A DNA stretch of 64,000 nt, from NCBI GenBank assembly GCA_016839745.1, contig JAEOTS010000025.1:1-64000 (forward strand). The letters run 5' to 3'. The notes under the pieces are model-generated. The model worked only from the letters and a program-made list of their open reading frames with translations, was not told the origin of the DNA and made no database searches. This DNA comes from Promethearchaeota archaeon (lineage in GTDB: Archaea > Asgardarchaeota > Lokiarchaeia > Sigyniarchaeales > SOKP01). Shown piece by piece: positions 47,666-58,150 of the stretch. Made by a program: the position numbers and the translations under genes. Position 1 is the stretch's first letter, and every line of letters starts with the position of its first letter.

Positions 47666-47983
47666 ATGTTCCCAGAAATAATTGAAAGGCTAGCGCAAGA
47701 AGTGAAAGGGGAAAACGACACGCATAATGTTATCATCTTTACTCTCTCCACTTGCATGTGGTGTAAGAAATGCAAAGTTTTTCTAGCTGAGAGGGGTATT
47801 AAGTATCGATATATAGATGTTGATAGAATTGATATCAGTGAAAAATCAAAGATATTAGAATTCTTAAGAGAAACTTATAAACCAGAAAGAATTTCTTATC
47901 CTTTTGTAGTATGGGATAACGAGTTTGTTGTAGGATACAATCCAAATAAATATGAAGAATTACTAAAGCTTGGAGGAAATTAA
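47666..47983 (+). CDS. Glutaredoxin (NrdH-like)
   Basis: TLSTCMWCKK, SYP, VVGY. Confidence 0.9.
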   Translation: MFPEIIERLAQEVKGENDTHNVIIFTLSTCMWCKKCKVFLAERGIKYRYIDVDRIDISEKSKILEFLRETYKPERISYPFVVWDNEFVVGYNPNKYEELLKLGGN

Positions 47984-47984
47984 A

Positions 47985-48353
47985 ATGGACATGGAAACCA
48001 AAGAGGGTATGGAAGAATATGTGAATAAGGTAAGTCAGAAAAATAATTGGATTTTAAATAGAAACTCTGGTACTTTTAATGACTTAATTACTGGTTTAGC
48101 AGATAACAAGAAATATTATGGTTATCAATCTTGTCCGTGTCGACTGGCTTCAGGAAATAGAGAATTAGATAGAGACCTAATTTGCCCTTGTAGTTATGCC
48201 TCCGAAGATGTGAAGGAATTTGGAGCGTGCTATTGTAATTTATACTTACGATTAGATTTTTACGAAACAATTAAAGCAGATTTTGTTAGCGTTCCAGAAA
48301 GACGGCCTTTTGAAAAGGAAAAGGCAGTTTTAGATCATTTTAAATCAATATGA
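47985..48353 (+). CDS. Ferredoxin:thioredoxin reductase catalytic subunit-like
   Basis: SCPCR, ICPC, GACYCNLY motifs; ATG 47985 preferred. Confidence 0.92.
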   Translation: MDMETKEGMEEYVNKVSQKNNWILNRNSGTFNDLITGLADNKKYYGYQSCPCRLASGNRELDRDLICPCSYASEDVKEFGACYCNLYLRLDFYETIKADFVSVPERRPFEKEKAVLDHFKSI

Positions 48354-48466
48354 TTAACTTAGACTTAATCTTTTTTTTTTATCAGCATTAAAACTTAATT
48401 TTCTTATTTTTTTATCAATTTTTTATAAATATAATCCTTAAATATTTCGGATTCTCATTATATTAT

Positions 48467-48622
48467 ATGCCAAATAAAGAACTCACAGATGAAGAATTAG
48501 ATGACGAACTAGATAAAGCCTTTAAAGCGAATGAGGCAAAGAAAGATAATTGTGGTACTCCCATGCCTGAAAGTAAAGAAGTAGGAATACAAAGGACGGG
48601 AGTAAAGTTAAAAAAAGAATAA
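48467..48622 (+). CDS. Small hypothetical protein (51 aa)
   Basis: Manual ORF MPNKELTDEELDDELDKAFKANEAKKDNCGTPMPESKEVGIQRTGVKLKKE with coding-like composition. Confidence 0.6.
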   Translation: MPNKELTDEELDDELDKAFKANEAKKDNCGTPMPESKEVGIQRTGVKLKKE

Positions 48623-48764
48623 AATAAGATTAAATGTTTCTAATTTCTTTTTCTATTATTTTTAATTAATTAAAAAGTTACTCGATTAAAGTTAGTTTAG
48701 TAAAGGCTCCAATTTCGTTAAATTCAGAAGGTTTTTAATAAAGATTTTCAATTTCAAAATTTAG

Positions 48765-49757
48765 GTGAATACAATGAAAGAGAGAATTAAGGGTAGAAAA
48801 AATTATCCTACCGAGGAAGTTGACCCTGATAATTATCTGAGTGATGATGAAGTTAGAGAATTAATCAAAAATAGAGAAAAAGTAAAGTTTGTGCAAAATG
48901 ACTATTACAAACTTTACAATTGCGTTCATTGTGGTGAATGTGAAACAGAAGAAGAGCGTTTACTCCTTAAACAAAAATATCTCGAGGAAGGTAATACAGT
49001 TGATGGACTTGATGAGATGATAGAGTGTTTCAATAAATATCGAACCCCTTATCCATCTAATAAGATGCGGATTAGAAGACCTGAAGGAATTCCTACTGAA
49101 TCTGATACGCTTTTTTATATGGGTTGTCTTTCGACAATTCGGATTCCAAGATATACAGAGCATGCGCTTGAATATTTACTTAAACACAAAGTGGATTTTA
49201 CAATCTTAGAGAAGGAAATATGTTGTGGTTGGCCTTGGTTTGCTTCAGGTTGTAATGAAGAATTTGAAATTGCCAAAAAAGAAAACATCGAAATCTTCAA
49301 AGAATTCAAAAAAGTAATCTGCCTATGCCCTGCGTGTTATTTTCTTTTCAACAAATATTATAAACCTTCAATGGATTCGAAAACTGAATTTAAATATGTA
49401 TCCGATTATTTGAAACCATCTAATATTAAAAAATCGGGAAAGGTAGGAATACAACATCTCTGTCAATTAATGAATCGCGATAAAACTGGAGTTGATAAAC
49501 TGGTAAATAGTATTTTAGAAAAAAGCGGGTATGATATAGTAGATATACCCCATTGGTGTTGCGGTGGTGGTCTTGGTTATATGCATCGAAAAGATGTGAT
49601 CAACCAAGTTGCAAATAAAAGGATGAGCGATTTCGATGCTGCTGGTGGCGATTATTCAACGACATACTGTCCGAGTTGTTGGTGGATTTTAGCAAGGTAT
49701 AGTAAATTATGCAAAATAAGTCCAAAAGCTAAGGATCTATTTGAATTACTATTATAA
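48765..49757 (+). CDS. CCG-domain Fe-S oxidoreductase (paralog 1)
   Basis: CVHCGEC, MGC, EICCG, CPAC, CCGGG, CPSC. Confidence 0.85.
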   Translation: MNTMKERIKGRKNYPTEEVDPDNYLSDDEVRELIKNREKVKFVQNDYYKLYNCVHCGECETEEERLLLKQKYLEEGNTVDGLDEMIECFNKYRTPYPSNKMRIRRPEGIPTESDTLFYMGCLSTIRIPRYTEHALEYLLKHKVDFTILEKEICCGWPWFASGCNEEFEIAKKENIEIFKEFKKVICLCPACYFLFNKYYKPSMDSKTEFKYVSDYLKPSNIKKSGKVGIQHLCQLMNRDKTGVDKLVNSILEKSGYDIVDIPHWCCGGGLGYMHRKDVINQVANKRMSDFDAAGGDYSTTYCPSCWWILARYSKLCKISPKAKDLFELLL

Positions 49758-50765
49758 ATGTGTAAAATGAACGAAGATTATAACTGCCCTTGTAGGGATG
49801 TCGATCCAGATCATTTCGTTACAAATGAAGAAGTAATTAAATTATTAGAAACTAAGGATAATTACAAGTTCAATCAAGAAGATTATCTAAGATTATATAA
49901 TTGCGTACATTGCGGCGCTTGCGGCACGCATTACGAACGTTTTCTATTAAAACAAAAATTTCTAAAAGATGGGAATAAGATTGAAGGCTTAAAAGAACAG
50001 ATTGAAGTTCTTAAAAACTACGGAACCCCGTTTAAATTAAATAAGAGTCGCATTAAACCATTAGATGGTATAAATGTAAAAAGTAAGACATTGTTATATT
50101 TTGGTTGTTTTACTACCGTGAAAACTCCGAAATATGGTGAAAACATCGCAAAGTATTTGCTTAGCAAAAATATAGATTTTAATGTTTTAGAAAAAGAGAT
50201 ATGCTGCGGTTATCCAATTTTATGCACTGGAGAGGTTAGTATTTACGATCTACTAATTGAGAGAAATAAAAAGCTTTTTATTGAAATGGGATTTGAAAAA
50301 ATCATAACAGTATGCCCGAGTTGCTACATGGTATTTAAAAAGCACTATCAAGAGTTAGGTATTAAGATAGAATATTTTACTGAATACCTAAAACCACGAA
50401 TAAGAAAAAATAAAGGTGATCTAATTATTCAACACGCTTGCCCTTTAAAATATATAGAATTTCCGGGTATAGAAAAAGAGTTAATACAAATATATGAAGA
50501 TAGTGGCTATAATGTTTTGCCTATCCCTCATAATTGCTGTGGAGGAGGTGTCGGGCATCAATTAAGAGTTGATATTTCTGAACTGATTTCAACTAAGAGA
50601 ATGAAAGAATTTAAAGATACCGAAGATGTTAATTCAGAAAATGCGAATTACTCTAGTTATATTACCACCTATTGTCCTGATGCTTATTGGATATTAAAAT
50701 TTTTTGGAAAAAAGCAAAGATCTAAACACAAACTTGTTGGTATGTGTGAATTATTAAGAGAATAG
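49758..50765 (+). CDS. CCG-domain Fe-S oxidoreductase (paralog 2)
   Basis: CVHCGAC, FGC, EICCG, CPSC, CCGGG; final motif CPDA. Confidence 0.85.
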   Translation: MCKMNEDYNCPCRDVDPDHFVTNEEVIKLLETKDNYKFNQEDYLRLYNCVHCGACGTHYERFLLKQKFLKDGNKIEGLKEQIEVLKNYGTPFKLNKSRIKPLDGINVKSKTLLYFGCFTTVKTPKYGENIAKYLLSKNIDFNVLEKEICCGYPILCTGEVSIYDLLIERNKKLFIEMGFEKIITVCPSCYMVFKKHYQELGIKIEYFTEYLKPRIRKNKGDLIIQHACPLKYIEFPGIEKELIQIYEDSGYNVLPIPHNCCGGGVGHQLRVDISELISTKRMKEFKDTEDVNSENANYSSYITTYCPDAYWILKFFGKKQRSKHKLVGMCELLRE

Positions 50766-50909
50766 GATTCTTTATTTTTCTAAATCTAATATCTAAAAAA
50801 TTTTATTCTAAAATGGATATTTTATGAAGTTTTTTATAATTTAAACGAATAAAAATTTTAAGAGTAAATTCAAATATTCACAATAGAAAGAAATTTAAAT
50901 GGTGATCAG

Positions 50910-51602
50910 ATGTTATTTTCCCCAAATGAACTTGATAATGTAAAAAGAGAAATGGCTAAATTAAAAGGTAGTGTAAGGTTGAAATTATTTACCGATTTTA
51001 AAACTATGGAAGACGGATCGAAAAAAAGGGCGTGTATGGCGTGTGAGGGCGCTTATAATTTATTAAATACGCTTGAAGAATTATCAAACGAAAAGTTTAG
51101 TGCCGAAGAAATATCGATCGAAGAAAGTCCTGAAGAAGCGATAAAATACAGTGTCACGCGAATTCCCGCTATTTTATTCGTTAATGATGAAGGGAAGGAA
51201 ATCATCCGATATTCAGCGCACCCCACAGGATCTGAATTTGTACCTTTTCTAAACAGTATACAGTATTTCTCTGGTGTTAGACCCTATTATGCCGATCAAA
51301 TTTTAACTCATCTAAAGAAGATCGATAAATCTGAGATGAAGATATTCATAACTCCAACTTGCCCATATTGCCCAGCGACCGTTCCAGTTTTAACATTGTT
51401 CGCAATTGTATCTAAAGGTAAAATAACAGCAGAAGTCATTGATGTTAGCTTAAATCCTGACATCGCAAGAAAGTATGAGGTTCAGGGAGTTCCACTAACT
51501 GTCGTAAACGAGAGTGAAAGAATTGTTGGGATGTTTACACCACAAGATTTGTTAGATAAATTAACAAAAGGCCAAAGAGATTTTGGAGGAATGTATGCTT
51601 AA
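50910..51602 (+). CDS. Protein disulfide oxidoreductase (PDO/AhpF-N type) 1
   Basis: Two Trx folds, CMAC and CPYC, VQGVP. Confidence 0.9.
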   Translation: MLFSPNELDNVKREMAKLKGSVRLKLFTDFKTMEDGSKKRACMACEGAYNLLNTLEELSNEKFSAEEISIEESPEEAIKYSVTRIPAILFVNDEGKEIIRYSAHPTGSEFVPFLNSIQYFSGVRPYYADQILTHLKKIDKSEMKIFITPTCPYCPATVPVLTLFAIVSKGKITAEVIDVSLNPDIARKYEVQGVPLTVVNESERIVGMFTPQDLLDKLTKGQRDFGGMYA

Positions 51603-51628
51603 TCGAAATATTAAGAGGTATTTTAAAT

Positions 51629-52312
51629 ATGTCAGAGGACGATAAATATAAGGTAATTATTAAAAGAGAGATGGCAAAACTTACTAAACCTGTAAGGTTA
51701 AAGGTTTTTACATCTCAAAGAACAGAAGCCGATGGCGGTAAAATACGAGCTTGCATGAATTGTGGACAATTTATGTCACTTCTAAGAATTTATGAAGAAA
51801 ATTCGAATGGAATGTTAACGATAGAAGAATTATCTATTGATGATAATCCCGAATTCGCTAAACGCTACGACATTCAGAGGGTACCAACAATTTTATTTGT
51901 TAATGATGACGGTAGAGAATTGATTCGTTATTTAGCAGCACCAAAGGGTAGTGAAATCCAACCTTTTGTTCAAGCACTTTTTACCTTTGCGGGAGCGCCG
52001 AATTATTACGAAGCCACAATAAAGCAAAACCTTGATCGTATTGAACCATCAACAATCAAAGTAATGATCACAGAAACCTGCCCATATTGTCCTAGTGTTG
52101 TATCTACAGTCTCTCAATTTGCACTAGCATCTGGAGGGAAGATTAGAACAATAATCGTTGATATTATGGCGAATCCAGATATTGGACAATATTACGACGC
52201 CTCGGGAGTACCTTATACTATTATAAACGACAAAAAAACTATCGCCGGCATGGTCGGACCTGAGGTTTTACTCCGAGCGCTTATCGGAGGAAATATTAAG
52301 GTTCAATACTAA
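51629..52312 (+). CDS. Protein disulfide oxidoreductase 2
   Basis: CMNC and CPYC, QRVP, SGVP. Confidence 0.9.
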   Translation: MSEDDKYKVIIKREMAKLTKPVRLKVFTSQRTEADGGKIRACMNCGQFMSLLRIYEENSNGMLTIEELSIDDNPEFAKRYDIQRVPTILFVNDDGRELIRYLAAPKGSEIQPFVQALFTFAGAPNYYEATIKQNLDRIEPSTIKVMITETCPYCPSVVSTVSQFALASGGKIRTIIVDIMANPDIGQYYDASGVPYTIINDKKTIAGMVGPEVLLRALIGGNIKVQY

Positions 52313-52426
52313 TTTAAAATACAAAATGGAAATCAATACTAAACTTTTAAGTATAAAATTTTTAAGGATGATTTTTTATTTCTTTTACCTTATACCGAGT
52401 TAGAGAATATTAAGGATGTGAGATAA

Positions 52427-53071
52427 GTGCCGATATCATACATATATGAGAGAATGATTCGCGAAGAGATTAAAAAACTAAATAAGCCAGTAACATTGAA
52501 GATCTTTACCTCATCGAAGAACCTCAAAGAATCCGTAAAGATGTTGGAGGTTTTGGATATTTATCAGAAAGCCTCTAATGGGTTGCTTAAAATAGAAGAA
52601 TATAGGCTTGAAGATAATTCTACTCTTATAAAAAAGTATGAAATTCAACAAGTACCTATGATTTTAATGACAAGTGCTAAGGATCAAGTAATAATTCGTT
52701 ATTTAGCTGTACCCATGGCTGCAAAGATTCAACCTTTTATACAGGCATTAATGATCCTTACTGGAACTCCTAATTATTATGAAAATGTTATAAGAGAGAA
52801 TCTGAATAACATTAATCCTACAGATATAAAGGTATTAATTACTGATTATTGTGCTTATTGCTCAACAATTGTATCAATTTGCAGTCAGTTCGCGTTAGCA
52901 TCTGAAGGCAAACTACGAACAAGTGTTATTGACATAATGACCTTTCCTGATATCGGTGAAAAATATGATGTAGCCACTGTTCCAACTATAATTATTGATG
53001 AAGATAAAAAATTAATAGGCGATATAACTGCTGAGGAACTTTTAAATGAACTCATAAATAAGACTTTATGA
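52427..53071 (+). CDS. Protein disulfide oxidoreductase 3 (N-terminal CxxC lost)
   Basis: Colinear with paralog 2; only CAYC retained. Confidence 0.85.
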   Translation: MPISYIYERMIREEIKKLNKPVTLKIFTSSKNLKESVKMLEVLDIYQKASNGLLKIEEYRLEDNSTLIKKYEIQQVPMILMTSAKDQVIIRYLAVPMAAKIQPFIQALMILTGTPNYYENVIRENLNNINPTDIKVLITDYCAYCSTIVSICSQFALASEGKLRTSVIDIMTFPDIGEKYDVATVPTIIIDEDKKLIGDITAEELLNELINKTL

Positions 53072-53118
53072 AGAAAAAAAAATAATAATTGCATATTACA
53101 TAAAAAGAGGATTTAATA

Positions 53119-54063
53119 ATGTTTAATATTGATATGGAAGGCATTGATCCAGAAAAGACTTACGATCTAATTGTTTTAGGGGGCGGACCAACTGCGATAG
53201 GTTGCGCAATCTATGCCGCTCGATTTGCATTGGATGTACTAGTTATAGGGAAAATTTTTGGAGGTTTGATTGCGACAACTCATCTTGTAGAAAATTATCC
53301 CGGAATTACCTCTACAAGCGGTCAAGGTTTAATGGAAATGTTTAAAGAACACATGAATTCCTTGCGTATTCCTTACATAACAGACGAAATTCGAAGTATA
53401 GAAAAAACTAGCGATCACTTCATTCTTCACTCATTTTTTCAGAAGTTTAAAACAAAAAGTGTTGTTATCGCCACCGGATCTGAGAGGAAAAAATTAGTTA
53501 TCCCCGGTGAAGATCAATTTGCTGGAAGAGGTGTTTCTTATTGTGCCACGTGCGACGGTCCATTTTACAAAGATAAAACCGTATGCGTAATTGGCGGAAG
53601 TGATTCTGCTGCAAAGGAAGCGTTATTTTTGTCTCAAAATGTAAAAAAAGTGTATATCATATATCGAGGAGAGGAAATACGAGCTGAGCCCATAAATAAG
53701 AGAAGAGTAAAGGAAATACCAAATATTGAAATCATATATAAAACCAAAATTGTCGAAATTAAAGGAGATAGCACTGTTAAATCGGTTATTTTCGATAATG
53801 GTAAAGAATTTGAAGTAGATGGAGTCTTTATCGAAGTAGGAGCTAATCCTAACTCAGATCTAGCAAAACGCATAGGTGTAAAAACAAATGAAAAGGAAGA
53901 AATTATGATTAGTAGAAAGTCGGAAACAAACATACCGGGTGTATTCGCTGCTGGCGACGTTGCAGACGCACCATTTAAACAAGCTATAACTGGAGTTGCA
54001 GAAGGAGTAGTTGCAGCATATTCTGCCTTTGATTACATTAAAGAGATGAATATTGAATATTAG
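53119..54063 (+). CDS. trxB: Thioredoxin reductase
   Basis: GGGP, VENYPG, GVSYCATCDG, GGSDSA, FAAGD. Confidence 0.95.
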   Translation: MFNIDMEGIDPEKTYDLIVLGGGPTAIGCAIYAARFALDVLVIGKIFGGLIATTHLVENYPGITSTSGQGLMEMFKEHMNSLRIPYITDEIRSIEKTSDHFILHSFFQKFKTKSVVIATGSERKKLVIPGEDQFAGRGVSYCATCDGPFYKDKTVCVIGGSDSAAKEALFLSQNVKKVYIIYRGEEIRAEPINKRRVKEIPNIEIIYKTKIVEIKGDSTVKSVIFDNGKEFEVDGVFIEVGANPNSDLAKRIGVKTNEKEEIMISRKSETNIPGVFAAGDVADAPFKQAITGVAEGVVAAYSAFDYIKEMNIEY

Positions 54064-54176
54064 ATCGATCAACCTTCACTAAATTGTTATTTTTTCAATC
54101 AATCGAAAAAAGGCTAATAATTATAAAACAAAGAAATTTAATTTTTATTAAAAAACCAAATAATTAGTCAATAATT

Positions 54177-54479
54177 ATGGAAGAAGAAAGACCAATTCCT
54201 CATATAGTAAGAATGGACCAAGTCTTTGCAGTTGGAGGAACTTACGAGGATCCTTCAGAATTTACTCGTAAAGTTAACAAAAATCTGATGATTTTGCGAC
54301 AAAGTGACAAGAACTGTAAGGTAAAGGATATAAAATTTAGTGCTTTTTCCGATCCTCGATATTCCAACGCGGGTCCTATTCTGCTAGCTTTTATTATTGC
54401 TGAAGTCGATGTGGACATTACTCCAGAGCCTGAAGAACATGGCAAAAAACGAAAAAAGAAAAAGAAAAAGAGCAAATGA
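54177..54479 (+). CDS. Hypothetical protein with polybasic C-terminus
   Basis: 100 aa ORF ending KKRKKKKKKSK. Confidence 0.65.
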   Translation: MEEERPIPHIVRMDQVFAVGGTYEDPSEFTRKVNKNLMILRQSDKNCKVKDIKFSAFSDPRYSNAGPILLAFIIAEVDVDITPEPEEHGKKRKKKKKKSK

Positions 54480-54509
54480 ATTCCTTAATCCATCTTAATT
54501 TATCCTTGT

Positions 54510-55193
54510 TTAAAAGTCTGCTAATGGTATATTACCATCATAATATATAGTTTTTCCATCAAAACTAAGTTGTACTACATTAATTCTTATATTTTTCTCT
54601 CTTGCTTCAGATAGTTTTGTTGAAAATTTAGGGTCAGTTTCAAAGTTAGGTTTAAATCTGGAAGCTTTGCGGAATACCAAAAATAAAAGCATTCCATTAT
54701 TCTCAATAATTTCCTGTACATGTCGAGTTCCGCGTTCAGTAGGGGCGTCGGGAAATAATGCTAAATCCTCTTTTACAAGAGTAACTCCCTTTACTTCTAA
54801 AGGGACGCCATCTAAAAAGAAATCTATTCTACTTTTACCAAGTTGTACTTCCTTTCTTATTTCTTTTGCTTTGGCAGTTTCAGGTAGGTATGGAAAAACT
54901 CTCGAAGCTAATTTAGAATGGATCGCTGTATCGATAAGAACCCATTCATCTTTATGCTTTACAGCTTTAACATAATAATCCAGTTTTCCGCGAGAATCAG
55001 TGAATAGGATTTCTCGACCTTTAATTAATAACTCCGTTAACCTTCCAGGATCGTGAATATGAGCAATTTTTATTTCATTATTATACTTTATTTCGCTTAC
55101 AAATCGATTAGGGCGAGTCAAAAAAATTCCTTTTTTGAGATTTGGGAGTTCAAAAAGAGGTACCTTACTTTTATTCATTTCAAAATGGCTCAA
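54510..55193 (-). CDS. sfsA: SfsA-family nuclease
   Basis: RPNRF, HIHDPGRL, SRIDF, EVKGVTL, FPDAPTERGTRH. Confidence 0.93.
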   Translation of the reverse strand: MSHFEMNKSKVPLFELPNLKKGIFLTRPNRFVSEIKYNNEIKIAHIHDPGRLTELLIKGREILFTDSRGKLDYYVKAVKHKDEWVLIDTAIHSKLASRVFPYLPETAKAKEIRKEVQLGKSRIDFFLDGVPLEVKGVTLVKEDLALFPDAPTERGTRHVQEIIENNGMLLFLVFRKASRFKPNFETDPKFSTKLSEAREKNIRINVVQLSFDGKTIYYDGNIPLADF

Positions 55194-55296
55194 AATAGGA
55201 AGTATTTAATTAAGGTTATATTCATTGGATTTAAATAAATTTCATTATAGAATATAAACTATAGAGATAAATGGAGTTTCGCTTTAAACTAATATA

Positions 55297-55536
55297 ATGA
55301 GTGATACACCCGATAACAGTAAAATTGTGAGTTACAAGTTCCACCATATTGATACAAATAAATGTAAAAGATGCGAAGCTTTTTCGTGCGAAGAAGCTTG
55401 CTTTAGAGGAATTTATAAGGTCTTAAATAAAGATTCTGAACCTATGTGCGTTGTTGTAGAAGATCGAGAAGATCACTGCATTAAATGTCATATCTGTACT
55501 ACAGCATGCAAATTAAGAGCAATAACAATAGATTGA
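55297..55536 (+). CDS. Ferredoxin
   Basis: CKRC...CEEAC and CIKCHICTTAC. Confidence 0.85.
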   Translation: MSDTPDNSKIVSYKFHHIDTNKCKRCEAFSCEEACFRGIYKVLNKDSEPMCVVVEDREDHCIKCHICTTACKLRAITID

Positions 55537-55701
55537 GTCTAAAATATTAATTAGATTTTTATTATTGAAGCGAATTCCTTTTATGTTGATATTTTAAATT
55601 AGTTGGTGTAGTTTTTTTCATAATTTATAAAATATAAGTATATTTTTAATTTGTAAAATCATTATCTAATATAAAATTAAAATTAATATTAGGAAATTAA
55701 T

Positions 55702-56247
55702 ATGATTTCAGACAAATTAAAGCTTGATGATATCGATCGCAGAATCATTACATTAGTACAAGACGATCCAAATTTAACTCACACTCAAATTGCTGAAAAA
55801 ATCAGTAGGTCTCAACCAACTGTTGGAATGAGAATAAAAAAGCTTGAAAAAGAAGGAATCCTACAATTCCAACCGGGGATTAATTTCAGAAAGGTAGACC
55901 TATTTTTAGCAACTGTGGAATTGAATACTAAACATCCAGATGAAATTCTTGCTATGGCGAAATTTTGTCCATTTATGCTGAACGCGTTTAGACTAAGTGG
56001 AGCTCATAACATTTGTATTTTACTTGCGAGTTCTAAACTTGATAAATTGGATAATATCGTAAATTACCATTTTAGAAGCGATCCTGGTGTTCAATCTGTC
56101 TCAATGAATATGATAACTGAAATCGCTAAAGACTTTATAATGCCCGTAGACTTCGCAAGTGAAGAACATCTTCCAACAATTGAGGCGGGATGCGGCGAAA
56201 AATGTAAATATAAGATGGCTAAACTAAAAGGATTAGAGACAGTTTAG
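55702..56247 (+). CDS. Lrp/AsnC-family regulator
   Basis: LDDIDRRII...SQPTVGMRIKKLE HTH, RAM domain, C-terminal CGEKC. Confidence 0.92.
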   Translation: MISDKLKLDDIDRRIITLVQDDPNLTHTQIAEKISRSQPTVGMRIKKLEKEGILQFQPGINFRKVDLFLATVELNTKHPDEILAMAKFCPFMLNAFRLSGAHNICILLASSKLDKLDNIVNYHFRSDPGVQSVSMNMITEIAKDFIMPVDFASEEHLPTIEAGCGEKCKYKMAKLKGLETV

Positions 56248-56263
56248 AATGATTTCTCTTTTT

Positions 56264-56833
56264 TTAGCTTTCCTCTTCACTTGTATTAAATTTATAATTT
56301 GGTAGATTAACATTCAAATTACAATCAGGACCGCAAACACTTGAATGAAAATCAAATTTCTCTATCTGAAAATCAATTGGAACTACAAAATCATGAACAG
56401 AGTCAATCAAAATGTTTGTTTTCACGTTGATAACATTTGGATCTTTTCTAAAGCATAAATCTACTAATTTTTCGATGGTTTGAAGATCAGAAGCTGCAAC
56501 AAAACAAAGCAAATTAAATTCTCCAGAGATTTTGAACGCATGGTTGATGAAAGGACACTTCTCTATTTTACTAACTATTGTCTCTACATCTTTAGTTGAT
56601 ACGAAAACGATTGCGACTTTGATATCTACTTTCTTAATATTGAATCCAACTTGTCTTGTAAGTAGATGTTTTCTTTCTAATTTAATGATTCTTGCCCCTA
56701 CAGCCGGTTGAGACTTCTCTATTTCTCTTGCTATGTCACTATGCGTGACTGATGGATCTTTCTCGAGCATCTCAATTATCTTATAATCGTCGTCATCAAT
56801 ACCTAATATTTCCTTAAAAGTTTTTTTTATCAT
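56264..56833 (-). CDS. Lrp/AsnC-family regulator (paralog)
   Basis: DDDYKII...SQPAVGARIIKLE HTH, RAM domain, C-terminal CGPDC. Confidence 0.92.
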   Translation of the reverse strand: MIKKTFKEILGIDDDDYKIIEMLEKDPSVTHSDIAREIEKSQPAVGARIIKLERKHLLTRQVGFNIKKVDIKVAIVFVSTKDVETIVSKIEKCPFINHAFKISGEFNLLCFVAASDLQTIEKLVDLCFRKDPNVINVKTNILIDSVHDFVVPIDFQIEKFDFHSSVCGPDCNLNVNLPNYKFNTSEEES

Positions 56834-57015
56834 AGTCTTTTTCCTCTACTATCTAGAGAAGCTATTAATTAATTAATTTGATTTTAATAAATTAAAATTT
56901 ATTTAAATTTTAACTTAAACAATATGAATAGTTATAATCAAGTCGTTTTATTTTATAAATTATTTTAGTATTTTTAGTGCTAATTTACTCTAGAAAAAAT
57001 TTTTGAATTTTTTAC

Positions 57016-57978
57016 CTAAATTAAAGTTGTGAATATACTTAACATAAAAATAATGGCAGCAAAACCAATGAATCCAACTAAAAAATAAAGAGGTTGACCT
57101 TTTTCTTTTTCAGGAATTACTTCTCTAACTATTGTGTAGAGGATCACTCCCGAAACAAATGAAAAAAAGATATAGAATAACTCAGTGTACTCAAAACCTA
57201 TTAAATCTAAAATTAATCCAAACATAACTCCTAGGAAATTTGAAAGTGCGAGAACATATTTTCTGGTCATATTCTCATCAATATCGTAAGTATCGTAGAT
57301 TTCCAGATCAGTAAATATGATGTGGCTTTCTGATCTGTTTGTTATTATTGCTCTAAACCAAGCGAATAGAAAAAATAAAATCCCCGCAGTTAAATCAATA
57401 GTTAATAATCCTACTACGATAATCCCTACGAGAAGATGATATGAAAAATTCGTAAAAAAACGAAGACTGCTTAAATCTTCGTTGATGTGTGTTTGAATCT
57501 TAAACTTATAACGATTTATTTCTTCTTTGAACTCTCCACCTTGTTTGTGTAAATCTGCTATTGTTAGGGCTATGTCCTTCAGAGCCATATCGTCTAAATC
57601 ATCTTTTTCTAATTCTTTAGTTAATATATTCTCGATATTTTCTTCAACTTTCTGCAGAATTTGTTCTTTTTTGATTAATTTGCGCATTCGCTTTTGCGAT
57701 TTAGACTCTACCTTTTGTAAAATTAATTTTTCAGAAAGGTGGACAAATACAAAACCAATTAGCACAAATAAGTACTCAAAAAATGTAAGTTCAAATGGGA
57801 GTACGGGAATATTTTCGGCTATTTCTGGGAGAAGAACTAAGAAGAAATAGGAGATAGAAATGCCCGCTATTAAGGAAATGTTGAGTTTAGGATGTGTTTG
57901 TTGATAAAAATCGACTATGAAAAAAAGCACACTAAATATTATTGAAATAATAGCTATAATTGTAAAAGTAATTGGCAT
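57016..57978 (-). CDS. ZIP-like membrane protein with a cytoplasmic coiled-coil insert
   Basis: AGISISYFFLVLLPE and SGVILYTIVREVIPE resemble ZIP-family helices; 7-8 TMs. Confidence 0.65.
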   Translation of the reverse strand: MPITFTIIAIISIIFSVLFFIVDFYQQTHPKLNISLIAGISISYFFLVLLPEIAENIPVLPFELTFFEYLFVLIGFVFVHLSEKLILQKVESKSQKRMRKLIKKEQILQKVEENIENILTKELEKDDLDDMALKDIALTIADLHKQGGEFKEEINRYKFKIQTHINEDLSSLRFFTNFSYHLLVGIIVVGLLTIDLTAGILFFLFAWFRAIITNRSESHIIFTDLEIYDTYDIDENMTRKYVLALSNFLGVMFGLILDLIGFEYTELFYIFFSFVSGVILYTIVREVIPEKEKGQPLYFLVGFIGFAAIIFMLSIFTTLI

Positions 57979-58150
57979 TAAATATTTGAATACGATTTTA
58001 ATTTAAAAGGTTTTTAATATTATATCGGGATTAAAAATACGCTCTTCACGATCCAAAGAATGAAAATCATAAATATTTAAGGTATTTTTACTTGAATTCT
58101 ATAATGACAATTTTAATAATTTCTATGAATTCTTAGAGAGGTGAGTCTTA

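Noticed and set aside
8621-54063. Selenoproteins (in-frame UGA) among the redox genes
   Set aside because: All redox-active positions inspected are Cys codons, ORFs are full-length, and no UGA-split gene was seen
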